From: Andalucia godoyi And28
Taxonomy: Eukaryota > Protista > Jakobida
Assembly (NCBI GenBank): GCA_009859145.1
Contig: VRVR01000030.1
Location: 177,097 to 241,096, forward strand
Length of the DNA stretch: 64,000 bases
Reading direction: 5' to 3'
Shown: piece by piece, positions 13,101-24,371 of the stretch
Numbering within the stretch: position 1 is the first letter of the stretch
Layout of the letters: every line of letters begins with the position of its first letter
The notes under the pieces: generated by a model
The model's input: the letters and a program-made list of their open reading frames with translations, nothing else
The model's database searches: none
What the model was told of the DNA's origin: nothing
Translations under genes and position numbers: made by a program

Positions 13101-16100
13101 GCGCTGAATGATGATAAGAATGTGTTTCGAGTGGAGAAACTGCTGGAGCTTCAAGATGCGGCTGCGAAATGCGCAAATTTTCTACAGTGTCTGCATGAGG
13201 AGTCGTCGGATAGTGGCAATTTGGATGTGAACGTTCAGTACGACAACGTCCTTGATCTTCACAAAGGTATGACAGCTTCGCTGGTGAATTGCCACGAGTT
13301 GTTGTGTCTCGAGCTGGATCTCATGCATTGCGGGAAAAGCGTCGACGTTTCTCTCTCCAGTATCTGGGAGAAATCACTTCGTGCCATCTGGGATTCTGTT
13401 TCATTTTTATGGAAGTTGTTTGCGGAACGTCAGCGAGCGGAGGCTCTTGTATTCCAGTACTGTGCAATTCAACGACTTGTTTCCACCTTTGTGCAGTTCT
13501 GGAAATCAGCGCTGAGTGTGCAGGACGAATCTGTTCTACCGTTCTCGAATCCCTTGATCTTGTCCGCCTCCTTGAATAACTGCGCATCTCAGATACGGAA
13601 GTATTTACCTCTGGATGTGTCTGTCGGAATGGATGAGCATTCTGCTGCCGTCTCTGAATTTTCCTTGTCTGTTCCGGGTCTTTCGAGTGCTTGTGCTGAA
13701 ATCGAGTTCCTTTGGCAAGAAATTGTCGTTGCCGATGGAATTGTCTTGAAAGATGCGGAATTGTCGACTCCGGATGGAGTACGCCGGTCTCTTCAAGACT
13801 TACTGTGGAATTGCGAGCAGAGACAATCTCGTCTGCGTACTTTGTCGCAGGAGCAAAATGAATCTCGACGCGCTTTTCTGGATATCGTTGACATGTTGAA
13901 AAATGTGAGCAAATGGCTGCGCCGCGAAGTCCTGGTATTGATGAATCGCGATTCTCCAGATCTCACTTCTGCAGGGTCATTTGTGGAGACGGCTTCTTTG
14001 TGTACGCCGTTTACTGCTTTGCGGCTGATTTTGCAAAACTGGCTACAAGAACAAGAAGATGCGGTTTCTGTATTGAAATCTAGAGATGAAGCTTTCAGTG
14101 CTTCCCTCAAGCAATTAAAAGAGTTGTTGGACACGATCGAGACGCGGATGGTTCCTCCAGCGAAGGGCACGCAGCAGCTGGTGAAGTCTTATCTGGAAAT
14201 GATCCTTCGGGACAGGGAGGTGTTACATGAATGTCTTTCTGCGAAGGAACAGCTTATATCGGCTTGGAGGGACCTTCTCACATCTATTGAACAATGGGAG
14301 CCGTTTTACATCGAAAAGGCAGGTTCTGTTCACGAATACGTAGCCGAATTCCGCTCTCGGGTTGTAACACTGATTGATGATGCAACGTCAGCCCTGCGAG
14401 ACGCGTTTGCGACGGAAGCCCCGTCCGCATTACGATGGGCTGCGATCTCGAGGTCGTTGTCGTTGCAGACCGTTTTCGAATTGCAGCGAGCACATAACCA
14501 CGTATCCAGGACATTCTCTGGACTTCTTTCTGCGAGTGATCACCTCCAGCAGTTCTATGGAATCTCTGCCTCTGGACCAGTTCCCTCTCTTACCGATTCT
14601 GGTAATGCTGGTAATCCGTTTTCTCCCAAATTTTCGCGTGCCAAAGATTATCCTGCGTTTCTTCCTTTCGGAACATCAGGTCCTTTTTCTGTTCATGAGC
14701 TGACGGCGAAATGGAAGTCCATCACATCCCAACTGGATGAGTTGCTGTATGTTACTGTATTTGCAGATAGGGGTCCGCTGTTTTCGGATCAGCAATCAAA
14801 TCAGATGTTCTTTGATGCTTTGCGAAGTCATGTTTGGTCTGCGTCCTCTTACGGATTGCTGCATTCCTTGTTTCCCTCGACTGTGCAGAGATCGTCACAA
14901 GAATTTGAATATCCCGTTATCCGCTGCGTAATTACTCACCAACCTCAAATACTCTCTTCAATCGAATCGATTATTGTTTATTCCCTGTATGAAGAACTGA
15001 AGATGTTTGAACCGCTTCTTCCGCAGTTCCAAGATCTTGCGTCGAGAGATCTTCCTTCTCTTTCTTCGGTGAATGACGCTCGTGGGGCGGATCGTGAGTT
15101 GAGTCGATTGTGCATCCGCGTGGTGGAGGACTGGACAGATGTTCAGCTAGGAATTTCATCCGTTTTGAATGAATTGCAAGCACATGCACGATCGGCAGTA
15201 TCCAGTGCCTTTGACAACGGCCTTCAGTCAGCATTTGAAGAAGCAGTTTTAGATTTTCAGTCGGATATCGAGTCTCTGTCCGCTTCTCGGTCTCTGTCAG
15301 ACCTTCGGGAGCTTACGAGTATATCCACATCTGATCTTATGAAACTCGTATCTATGGCAGAACGAGATGATCTTTTAAGCTGGATAGATACAGCGTCAAC
15401 GTTTTCGCCTGCTTTCGAAGTACTGTCAACGGTCATGTCGCTCTCTGCGCGGAAGGACTGTTTGATTCGGAGTGTTGCGTCTCTCGAGGACCGAAAACGC
15501 TTACCTCAGAGCACTCTTCACGGTTTGGCGACGTCTTCTGATCGATTGGTGGATTTCGAGAAGTTGCGAGATGTCGTACTTGGTTCTGATGAGGAATTTC
15601 AGACGCGTTGCACTGCCGCGATTTCCCACATTCGGTCTGTGTTGGTTGCTATTGCGTCCTTTTGTTTGGAGTTGTCAAACGTGGATCCAGACCCGCGGTC
15701 GCCTCTTTTTGATCCATCAAGTGTGTCGATTCGCCGCGTCATTCGCATTTTGAAGAGCATGATCCAAGAAGTCAGTGGAGATTTTGCGGTTTATGAGCAG
15801 GATGCGGTCGATCTAGGTGACGATTCTTTGTTGTCTCCTGTTGACTATCCTCAATTAGTACGTGAGGTCGGCAGTCTTTTACCAGTTGTCTGTGCTCCGT
15901 ATGGGTTGATGTTCGCTGCTCGTCCAATCCGATTTTTATTAGGGCATTTGGAAAGCGCGATGCATTCGCGTGTGGAGGAACATCAGTCTGGCATGGATCA
16001 ATACGGGGAAATTCAAGGATTGAAGCTGACCCTTCAAGGCAACTTTAGAACGTTTTCTCAGAAGTTAGGAGGCCTCCAAAAAGTCATGGGGGACTACGAA

Positions 16101-18239
16101 TCTGGTAGGAATATCATGTCGATGCTTAGCAGTCCTCCGACAGAGCTGAAGCGGTACTATGAAGGACACGGATCCGTGGGTCAGGCGGCATCTCCGCTGT
16201 CGTCGCCTCGTGCGTCTTTCGCGTCACCTGGACGCTCAAGAGGAAAGTCGATTGTTGTTCAAAAGATTGTTTCGTCGTCACCCTCAGAATTCGATTCTCC
16301 TTCGGCCGAATTTGATTCGAGAAAGCGTGGGTTTACAGTACGAGATATTCAAGGAAGTTCGGAGGATTCTGCGATTGAAATGAAGATCTGTCGGGAAGTT
16401 GACACTTTGCTTCGCCTGCGCCAGGATGTTTATGCCGTGGAGCCTGTTCTGAGTTCTCTGTTTGGAGTTTATCAACGCCTTCTCATGATTGCTCCCTTGC
16501 AATTAGCCCCCACGCAGCAGTCCTCAGGGGCGTTTCTGCTCGAGGAACATCAGATGATCCAAAATGCGGTACACCTTTATGAAGAGGCGTGTAGGAGGTC
16601 CAATTCGCTATTGCAATCCTTGCGGGACAGAGAGGGTGCCATTCGTGCTGTAGATTCAAAATTGTGCGCTCGGCTTGCCGAAGAACTGCGGATGTTTTGC
16701 GATGACACCTCGGTTTTCATTCGGACGTTCCAGTCATCGGATGCTATGACATTAAGCGGCGCAAGAAATTCATTGGCTGTCCTTGAAAACTTCCGATTCA
16801 GGCGTAATCAGTATGAACTCAAGTTCAACAGGATTTCCGAGGTGTCCCAGACTCGCCAGGATTTGTCAGATATGATCTCAGATTTGCAGTCCAAGTGGAC
16901 AAGAGCTGACGTCCTGATTCAGCGTGATCTGCCAACCACAGATGGCGTTGCCCGTAAGGTTCGTGAGCTTGAAGACAGGCAAGAATTTATGGCGACGTCG
17001 CTGTCCAGCGCTCACGCTGTCCATCGTATTGCTGTTGTTGCAGATCAAGAGCTGCAGGAATTGCGTGCACTGACATCTCAACCTTACGAGTCCCTGTTCC
17101 TACTGAATGGTCAGGTTGATTCTGATTTGGAATTCCTTGTCAGAACAGTCCAGGAACTAGCGAAGGCATCTGCTTTGTTCGATGGACAGCAAATTCCGTT
17201 GGATGCCATTGGTGTTCTACGAGATTTGCGGTACCTTTCCATGTTGAAAGAGCGAATGGAACCCGAAACAAGGTTGCTAGAACAAATAATGGAGCTGAAG
17301 CTGGTGCTTGCCGACTGTTCTGGGACTCCTTTTGAAGGCGTTAATCTGGATCAGGTTGGTCTCGCTTTCAAGAATCTTTATGAATTACTTGATTCGACAA
17401 TCTCGGATCGTCGAGATCGGCAGCAGGCGTCTTTCGCCTTTGCGCAAGAAGTCGCCGCATATGAAAAACAAGCCCGAAATCTTGCAGATTGGCTGGACAC
17501 GCAGATGGAAGTTCTCCTGTCTAGCTCGCAGGAATTCAGGAATTTCTCTGTACTGAACGTTGCGATGCAATCGTTTCGATCGTTGTATGCAGAGTTTCCG
17601 CAGTGGGAAGAGCGCATTACTGAAATCTCTCGGAAACAGACCGACCTGTTCTCCAAACGAGCGTCTGTGTCCTCAGGCACGGTATGTCATACATTGGTCT
17701 CTTCCGATGATTTGGTTGGCCGAGTCTTCGAACTAAAGCAGAAGCTTCAAGAGGTTCTGAGATCGAAGGAGCTGACTGTTGCGGACGTTAAATCGCTGAT
17801 GGACAAGTACAGCTTGCCTGTCGAAGTTATTCATGAGTATGAGGAAACGTTCAGCTTTCTGGATGCTGACAAGTCTGGTTTCCTTGACATTAAGGAGATC
17901 GGTGCACTCATATCGATTCTCGGAGAATCAATGGATCCTTCGACTGTTCGGAGAATCTTCAGTGCTATTGATAAGAATCAAGATGGCACCATCTCATTTG
18001 ATGAGTTCGTTTTCTGGGCGAAGTCGCAATTTCGACCAATCAAGACAACGGAAGAGATTCTTAACACGCTTTTGTCCATGTCGGCGTCTCCCGAAGGTCT
18101 GCAGTGGGACAGCCTGAAGCAGTGCATGGCATCGGCACTGCCCACCAAAGAACTTTCGGAGCTGGAAAAGCTTGTGCGGAAACGCCCGAATGGAACTGTC
18201 GACTGCCCTGCACTCGTTTCGGATTTGTTTTCGCCGTGA
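7148..18239 (+). CDS. Giant alpha-actinin/spectrin-superfamily protein (tandem CH actin-binding domain, long helical rod, C-terminal EF-hands); join(7148..7363,7436..9062,9239..9589,9715..18239), ~3572 aa
   Basis: CH1 is split by intron 1 (KSFSSWV..KLYNIRHVFDFL) and CH2 reads LLEWVRASV..SFCDGLALCLLI..HNISLALFAAKSHFEIP. Three GT-AG introns (CTAAT/TTGAC branch-like sites) join four ORFs in frame. EF loops DADKSGFLD and DKNQDGTISFDEF. Confidence 0.85.
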
Positions 18240-18259
18240 TGAAATGATTTTTATGTAAA

Positions 18260-20041
18260 TTACCTAGGCCCCAAACCTTCATAACATGTCAGTCCGTACA
18301 TGTTTCTGATGTCGTCTCGTGCTCCTTTTGAGATCAGCCACTCCCCCAAATCAGTGTAGCCGTACGCAAAACAAAAATGCAGCGGTGTTTGACCTTTGTT
18401 ATTTTGTGCGTTTGGATCACAACTCCTCTTCAGCAGTGCCTTCATTACGGGCTTGTGACCGTTCTGTGCAGCAATGATCATTAATGTGTTTCCAAAAGCG
18501 TCTCGTACATCCACGTTGACTCCCTGATCAAGCAGCTCTTCTACCTCGAGCGGCTTGTTGTGTCTTGCCTTGGAAAACACTCGTTTCACCTTTTCTTTTG
18601 CATCTTCAGACAGCTGCGACCCTTCGTGACGTGGCTGCAAAGCAGAATCTGCGCTTTCCTCGGGGGCGTCTCCGCTGTGAGATACACTGGCGCCTGAAGA
18701 AATATGGGACCCGGGAGCTGTAGTTTCTGAAGACTTGACATCAGTCGACGGCGGACTGTCATCGATGAACTCTCCTCCAGAAACAAGCCTCTTCGGTTTG
18801 CGGTTAATAAAATGGAGCGATGGTGAAGACGGGTGCGACGCAGAACTATCTGAAGATGCAGTCGTTCCAGTAGTCACAGAAGTGAGCAAGGAAATCTCAC
18901 TGTGACCAGCGGGCTGCGGTGAATGAGTCCGGTTCCCTGCAGAAGGCGCCGTGCCTTTGGTGCCCTGTGCGAGAGCAGCAGACAAAACACTGTTCGAGGA
19001 CGAGACAGGTGCGCACGACGCAGCTTCTCGATCTGACGGTTTAGCGACCGCCTCCAAGGCCGCGGCGGATGGCGTGTGGACTGGAGGCTGAATGACAGCA
19101 GCAACCAAACTGTCAAGTCTTCGGCAGTCGTTTCCAGAAGCCTCAGTATGTTTTTTTGATTCTGAAATTGAGGCGGGCGTGTGCACGGCGGTTGCAGGGG
19201 CCGTTTTTGGAGGAAACGCTTCGCGCGGATCGGACAATTCGGAAGACGCTGTCGAAAGATGGTCGTCGACATCAACAGGTCTCTTAGCAGTGACCGAAGG
19301 GAGCCTGGTGGGTCGAGAAACATTCGACTCGAACAACCCTCCGGATACTTGTGGGGATGTATTTTGTGCACCCAATTTCCGGAGTCTTTCGAAAATGGTA
19401 TTCATCCCATCGTCCGGATTCGTGGGAATTCTGGACAGACTGCCGAATTCTGTCTCGTGCTGGATATGTTTTCTCATAGACGCCAGATCTGAAGAGGAGA
19501 ACTCTGTGGACTGCAGCATTTCTGCCAAGCGTTCCATCTTTTTTTCAGAATCTGCTTTCTTTTTCTCTTGCAGAAAGTTAAGAGCGGACATAAAAGGTGC
19601 AGGTTCTGGCTCGTAATGGTCAGCGAAATGGCTTGTGAATGAACTGGAGACGTCACTGTCAAATAAAGATAAGCTGGGAGGTGTGGGAAGAACAACATTG
19701 CTGTGATCGAATAAGGATTCCGAGCGCCTCGGAAACACAGATTCGTACGATACGTTGTGGGATGACTTGAAAACGGGGCTGCTCCGGTGTCCCGACGGCT
19801 GCAATCTGTTCGATATGGGAGAAGACTGTGCAACTGCGTGCTTTTTCGTGCCCCCAGAACGGGCATTCTGTACTCCAGTCACATATTTGTTCAAAGAAGA
19901 CACTGAAGTTGACCGAGAATTCGAGTAGTCCGATGTCGGCGAGGGCAAGTGATACAACAACGATGAGGATGAGTGCGATATTCGGGAATTCGGGTCTCTC
20001 GAAAGCTTGCCGAGAAACCGAAAATCATTTGGAGTTCCCAT
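18260..20041 (-). CDS. Ankyrin-repeat protein with long Ser/Pro-rich disordered N-terminus
   Basis: C-terminal ankyrin repeats GNTLMIIAAQNGH and GQTPLHFCFAYGY. Confidence 0.85.
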   Translation of the reverse strand: MGTPNDFRFLGKLSRDPNSRISHSSSSLLYHLPSPTSDYSNSRSTSVSSLNKYVTGVQNARSGGTKKHAVAQSSPISNRLQPSGHRSSPVFKSSHNVSYESVFPRRSESLFDHSNVVLPTPPSLSLFDSDVSSSFTSHFADHYEPEPAPFMSALNFLQEKKKADSEKKMERLAEMLQSTEFSSSDLASMRKHIQHETEFGSLSRIPTNPDDGMNTIFERLRKLGAQNTSPQVSGGLFESNVSRPTRLPSVTAKRPVDVDDHLSTASSELSDPREAFPPKTAPATAVHTPASISESKKHTEASGNDCRRLDSLVAAVIQPPVHTPSAAALEAVAKPSDREAASCAPVSSSNSVLSAALAQGTKGTAPSAGNRTHSPQPAGHSEISLLTSVTTGTTASSDSSASHPSSPSLHFINRKPKRLVSGGEFIDDSPPSTDVKSSETTAPGSHISSGASVSHSGDAPEESADSALQPRHEGSQLSEDAKEKVKRVFSKARHNKPLEVEELLDQGVNVDVRDAFGNTLMIIAAQNGHKPVMKALLKRSCDPNAQNNKGQTPLHFCFAYGYTDLGEWLISKGARDDIRNMYGLTCYEGLGPR

Positions 20042-20354
20042 ATTTACAACCACGAAAAAAGATGCCGGGCAACAAATAATAAGAGTGTGCATTCATAAAT
20101 TCACTGTGAGAAAAATGAAAGTGTTACAAGATCCACCGTGAAGGAACACCCACTCAGCAAACCGTTGAACAAAAAAACGCTTGTACATTTTCGGTATGTC
20201 ACGAATGTCCGTCAAACCACGCGGGAAGCAGGAAAAACTGCGGAGCTTGCTGGACGCTTCTTCAATTTATTTTTTTTAACTTTTAACTTTTTTTTCTCAT
20301 ATTCCCCCTCCCTCTTCTTCTTCTTCTTCTGATTTGTTTTTCAATGTTCTCAGA

Positions 20355-21782
20355 ATGAGGTCTTTCTATGTATTGCTCCTGAGCTTCGTCATGTTCTGGA
20401 CGCATGCACTATGTCAGCGTCCACCTCCGGAAAAGCGTCGATTTGTGTCGCCCGCAGTCGATGCTGCAATCGCGGATGTCTCCAGTCGAATGAAAGATCG
20501 AGTGCTTGCGACGATGTTTGAACAGTGCCTACCAAACACTCTTGACACCACCGTGGAGTACAATGAGTCGACTGGACGCACATTTGTGATCACTGGGGAT
20601 ATTCCAGCAATGTGGCTTCGGGATTCTGCGAATCAAGTGCTGCCGTATTTGCGATTCGTTCATCAAGACACGAGGCTTCAATCGATGATAAAAGGTGTCA
20701 TCAGCGAGCAAGTGCGCTACATTTTGATGGATGCGTACGCAAATGCGTTCAACAAGTTTCCAACTGGTTCTCCCCACGACTCGGATCAGACAACGAAATT
20801 GGATTCTCACGGACAACCTATCAACGGCATGACACCGTATATTTTCGAACGAAAGTTTGAAATTGACTCTCTTGCAGCATTTCTCCGGCTTTCCTCGGAA
20901 TACTTCAAAGCAACATTGGACGATTCTTTTTTGAATAGCGAATGGCTTGAAGCATTGGAGCGTGTTTTGGCGGTGGCCCACGAACAGCAGGCTGGGACGT
21001 ACGAGGAAGATGATTTTTACCCTTCTGCCCCTCCTTACACATTTGCGAGAACCACTAATGAGCCGACGGATTCTCTCGTTCATTCTCGCGGAAATCCAGC
21101 AAAAAGATGTGGGCTTGTGAAAAGCGGCTTTAGGCCTTCTGACGATTCTTGCTTGTTTCCGTTTCTCGTCCCTGCAAACGCTCTGTTTTCTGTCGTCTTG
21201 TCCAACGTATCGGACATGCTGGATCGCGCAAAATTGAGACAAGATCTAGCAGGTGCCACCCGTAATTTGAGCCAAGAAATTCGAGACTCCATCTTTAAAT
21301 TTGGAATTGCCATCTCCAATTCTGGTTCGTGCATATTCGCGTACGAAATCGACGGCTTTGGGAATGTCTTGAAGATGGACGATGCGAATGTTCCCTCGCT
21401 TCTGTCGCTTCCGTCTTTTGGATTCGTAAGTGCAAATCATTCTCTGTACATAACTACTAGGAAATTCGTTCTCTCGTCGGAGAACCCGTATTTCTTCAAA
21501 GGAAAAGCTGGAGAGGGTGTCGGTGGTCCGCACGTCGGAGATAACTACATTTGGCCAATGTCGTTGATCATGCGCGCTCTTACGTCTGTGTCGGATGACG
21601 AGATCTTGTACTGCTTGGATATTCTGAAAACGACAACTGCTGGAACAAACTTCATGCATGAATCGTTTTTGAAAGACAATCCTGAGCAGTTTACCAGACC
21701 GTGGTTTGCATGGGCGAATTCTCTATTTGGAGATCTTGTGTTGCAGCTCGCAGAAATAAAACCGCATTTGCTGTTCGCCTGA
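20355..21782 (+). CDS. Secreted glycoside hydrolase family 125 (DUF1237) exo-alpha-1,6-mannosidase-like protein
   Basis: Signal-peptide-like N-terminus. Motifs ITGDIPAMWLRDS, ERKFEIDSL, FRPSDD, MDDANVPSLLSLP and FTRPWFAWANSLF. Confidence 0.9.
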   Translation: MRSFYVLLLSFVMFWTHALCQRPPPEKRRFVSPAVDAAIADVSSRMKDRVLATMFEQCLPNTLDTTVEYNESTGRTFVITGDIPAMWLRDSANQVLPYLRFVHQDTRLQSMIKGVISEQVRYILMDAYANAFNKFPTGSPHDSDQTTKLDSHGQPINGMTPYIFERKFEIDSLAAFLRLSSEYFKATLDDSFLNSEWLEALERVLAVAHEQQAGTYEEDDFYPSAPPYTFARTTNEPTDSLVHSRGNPAKRCGLVKSGFRPSDDSCLFPFLVPANALFSVVLSNVSDMLDRAKLRQDLAGATRNLSQEIRDSIFKFGIAISNSGSCIFAYEIDGFGNVLKMDDANVPSLLSLPSFGFVSANHSLYITTRKFVLSSENPYFFKGKAGEGVGGPHVGDNYIWPMSLIMRALTSVSDDEILYCLDILKTTTAGTNFMHESFLKDNPEQFTRPWFAWANSLFGDLVLQLAEIKPHLLFA

Positions 21783-22124
21783 ACGGCACCCTCAACCAGT
21801 CTCATTTCCCTTTCATGGTGTTTATAAAGTGTATTTTCTCTTGTTTTTTGTTGGGTTTTTTTCTGGTTGGGCTTTTTTTGTTCTCTCGGTCTGGGAGACT
21901 TGCGAAAATGGGGAGTGTTGTGTCGTGTGTGCGACATGAATTCAAGTTGGGCACACAGCCCCGTCGATTGTGGTCGACTTGACGATCTTGGTAGAACTTC
22001 GGAGTGATGGTATTCTTCTTCTTTCTCGGGGGAGAGGGGAAGTGTTGGGGCGGTTTCACGATTCACGAATCATCTTCAAACGATTTTCTTAAAGTACGGT
22101 ACAAACGTTTAACAGCTAAAAAGA

Positions 22125-23417
22125 ATGGAGGATCTCGATGTTGGTGCCAGACTGCAGGAATTTCTCGGTCGCACAGGTTGTTCCGACGTGGATCAAGCGC
22201 TGTCGCTTCTTGAAGCGCACGACTGGGATGTGGATGCTGCTGCTTCTGTGTTTGCGGCACAAAACGCTCCGCGGACGCGGGAGCCAGTCGTCCCGCCCCG
22301 GCAGTCAGTCGCATCTCCACGACAGGCAGCAGCACAAGGTGGAACTGCTTCTGCTCAGCCGGCCAACGGCGAAGGTTTAGGCACCTCCATCTTGTCTGCC
22401 CTTCCGTCTTTCATCCAGCGAGGAGTTCAGATTGTTGGAGGAATAGCGGGGTCGTTGTTGTCTCCAATCATTGGATCTGTTCAGAATGCACGCCCTGACT
22501 CTGGAGAGACGTTTACTGCTTACTTTGAGCGGAATTTTGGCAGGGTGCATCCGATTTTCTATCCTGGGTCCTCAGAACGGGCCATCATGGAGTCAGAAAG
22601 AACTTCAAAACTTCTTTTTATCTACCTGCATTCTCCTTCACATGCGGACACCAGCGCGTATTGTCGAGAAGTATTAGGAAATCCCGATATAGTACAGTTG
22701 TTGAACAACAATTTTATTTGCTGGGGAGGAAACATACAAGACGCTGATGGGTATGCTTTGGCATCGCATTTGTTGGTGGATGGATATCCGTTTGTCGCAG
22801 TTATTAGCGTTGGCCATGTGAATCAGTCGATCCAGATGCAGGTCTTGGCTCGTGTCTCTGGATACACAACTGCTGCGGTTCTTGCAGAAGGTTTGCAAAG
22901 AGTGCTTGAAGAACATTCTTCGTTGCAGGCAGCCGTTGTCGCGTCACAAGAAGAGCAGTCGTCCGCTCGGCAGCTTCGGGAGGAACAGGATCGAGCATAT
23001 GAGGCGGCACTGCAAGCAGATCTTCAACGTCAGGAAGAAGAACGGAGAACAGAAAGAATTTTAAGAGAAGAACAAGAACGGCAGCGACGAGAGGAAACTC
23101 AACGTCAACAAGTTGAGGAACAACGCGCAACAAGGGTGCAAGACTTTAAAAGCAGATGTGCAGCTCTCACTCCAAACCAGGATGGTGTGTGTGTTCTCAG
23201 AATTCGCATGCCAAATGGTCCGTTGCAAATTACAGTGAAACAATCCGAGACCATGGACATTGTGTATGATTTCGCAGCGCATGAAGGGAAAGTTCTCGCG
23301 GGAGCAAACTTTTGTCTTTGTACAAACATTCCGCCAGCCGAATACGGCCGGGAGAAGCTGGTACGCGACGTCACGCAAGGAGCAAAGCAAGTGCAGCTAT
23401 TTTTCAAAGAGAAGTGA
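22125..23417 (+). CDS. UBA-like/UAS/UBX domain p97 cofactor (FAF2/UBXN8-like)
   Basis: N-terminal UBA-like (LEAHDWDVDAA), UAS domain (LLFIYLHSPSH..FCREVL..FICWG), coiled coil LREEQDRAYEAAL, C-terminal UBX (LRIRMPNG). Confidence 0.85.
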   Translation: MEDLDVGARLQEFLGRTGCSDVDQALSLLEAHDWDVDAAASVFAAQNAPRTREPVVPPRQSVASPRQAAAQGGTASAQPANGEGLGTSILSALPSFIQRGVQIVGGIAGSLLSPIIGSVQNARPDSGETFTAYFERNFGRVHPIFYPGSSERAIMESERTSKLLFIYLHSPSHADTSAYCREVLGNPDIVQLLNNNFICWGGNIQDADGYALASHLLVDGYPFVAVISVGHVNQSIQMQVLARVSGYTTAAVLAEGLQRVLEEHSSLQAAVVASQEEQSSARQLREEQDRAYEAALQADLQRQEEERRTERILREEQERQRREETQRQQVEEQRATRVQDFKSRCAALTPNQDGVCVLRIRMPNGPLQITVKQSETMDIVYDFAAHEGKVLAGANFCLCTNIPPAEYGREKLVRDVTQGAKQVQLFFKEK

Positions 23418-23429
23418 TAAACAGTGACC

Positions 23430-24371
23430 TCACTTAGATTTGACGGACATCATTTGAGTTAGATTTGCAGTCGAAATGGGCATAACGGCGTGAATTCCAT
23501 CATCAACTTCGTTCATCAGCGTCGCATAATGCCCAGGCGAAAGATATTCCCGCAAGAATGCACAGTAGATGGCGATGGGGAACAAACCAAAACAGAAAAG
23601 ATATGCAACGGCAGACACACACAGCCCGCTATCCTTGCAATCCCCCATCAGGAAGCCTGCTATGGTATTCAACAAGTCAATGCAGCACATGAACACAAAA
23701 TACAAGTAGTAACTGCGCTTTGCTGGAAGAACATATCTCCATTTTGTATGTGGAATTGCTAGAAAAACGACGTAAACCAGGACCAAGATGGCGTTCGAAA
23801 CAGCCATATATAGGGCGGCATACCCTTGCGCACCAATAAGAAATCCTCGAATGCATGTTGCATCCGATTGTGTTATCGTGTAAATTTCCGCAGCGGCATC
23901 CAACATGCTGAAGATAAACGAAAAGATGGCAGTTTTCCAAAAGAACGCAGTATTCTTTTCCGCAGACCACGCGGAAGAGACAAAGAAAAAAATAATAGAA
24001 TCTTCTAAAAAGATGCATAAAAAATCCAACAGCGTCAACAAAGATTGTCCGATACGTGAACTTGTTTGTGAACGATGGACCGTTAGGGACATTACTAAAA
24101 TCATAGCAGATAGAAGGCAAACAGCCCACACAAGAATGTAGTATATTCTCAGGATAAGTGACTCTGTTCTTCGCAATATAGATGTAGCCGTGCTCATTCT
24201 AAAGCTGAGATAGAGACAGAACAAAGCGCACGGACATAGAGTGATGAATTGCAATGCAGATGCAAGAAATTCGTCATTCGGATATTCCACAAGGAACAAA
24301 CACGTTCCTGACGAATCCAGATCACATTGAAACATTTTCGCAAATCTCGTTGGAAACTGTGGCAATGGCAA
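23430..24371 (-). CDS. TPRA1/GPR175-like multi-pass (7TM) membrane protein
   Basis: Multiple hydrophobic helices. C-terminal LPAKRSYYLY..GLCV..LFPIAIYCAFLREY resembles the TPRA1 family. True start may be 24335. Confidence 0.65.
   Translation of the reverse strand: MPLPQFPTRFAKMFQCDLDSSGTCLFLVEYPNDEFLASALQFITLCPCALFCLYLSFRMSTATSILRRTESLILRIYYILVWAVCLLSAMILVMSLTVHRSQTSSRIGQSLLTLLDFLCIFLEDSIIFFFVSSAWSAEKNTAFFWKTAIFSFIFSMLDAAAEIYTITQSDATCIRGFLIGAQGYAALYMAVSNAILVLVYVVFLAIPHTKWRYVLPAKRSYYLYFVFMCCIDLLNTIAGFLMGDCKDSGLCVSAVAYLFCFGLFPIAIYCAFLREYLSPGHYATLMNEVDDGIHAVMPISTANLTQMMSVKSK

Noticed and set aside
9952-17680. Numerous 60-150 aa antisense and alternate-frame ORFs inside the giant gene and other CDSs
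   Set aside because: Shadow ORFs of long coding regions with no recognisable motifs.
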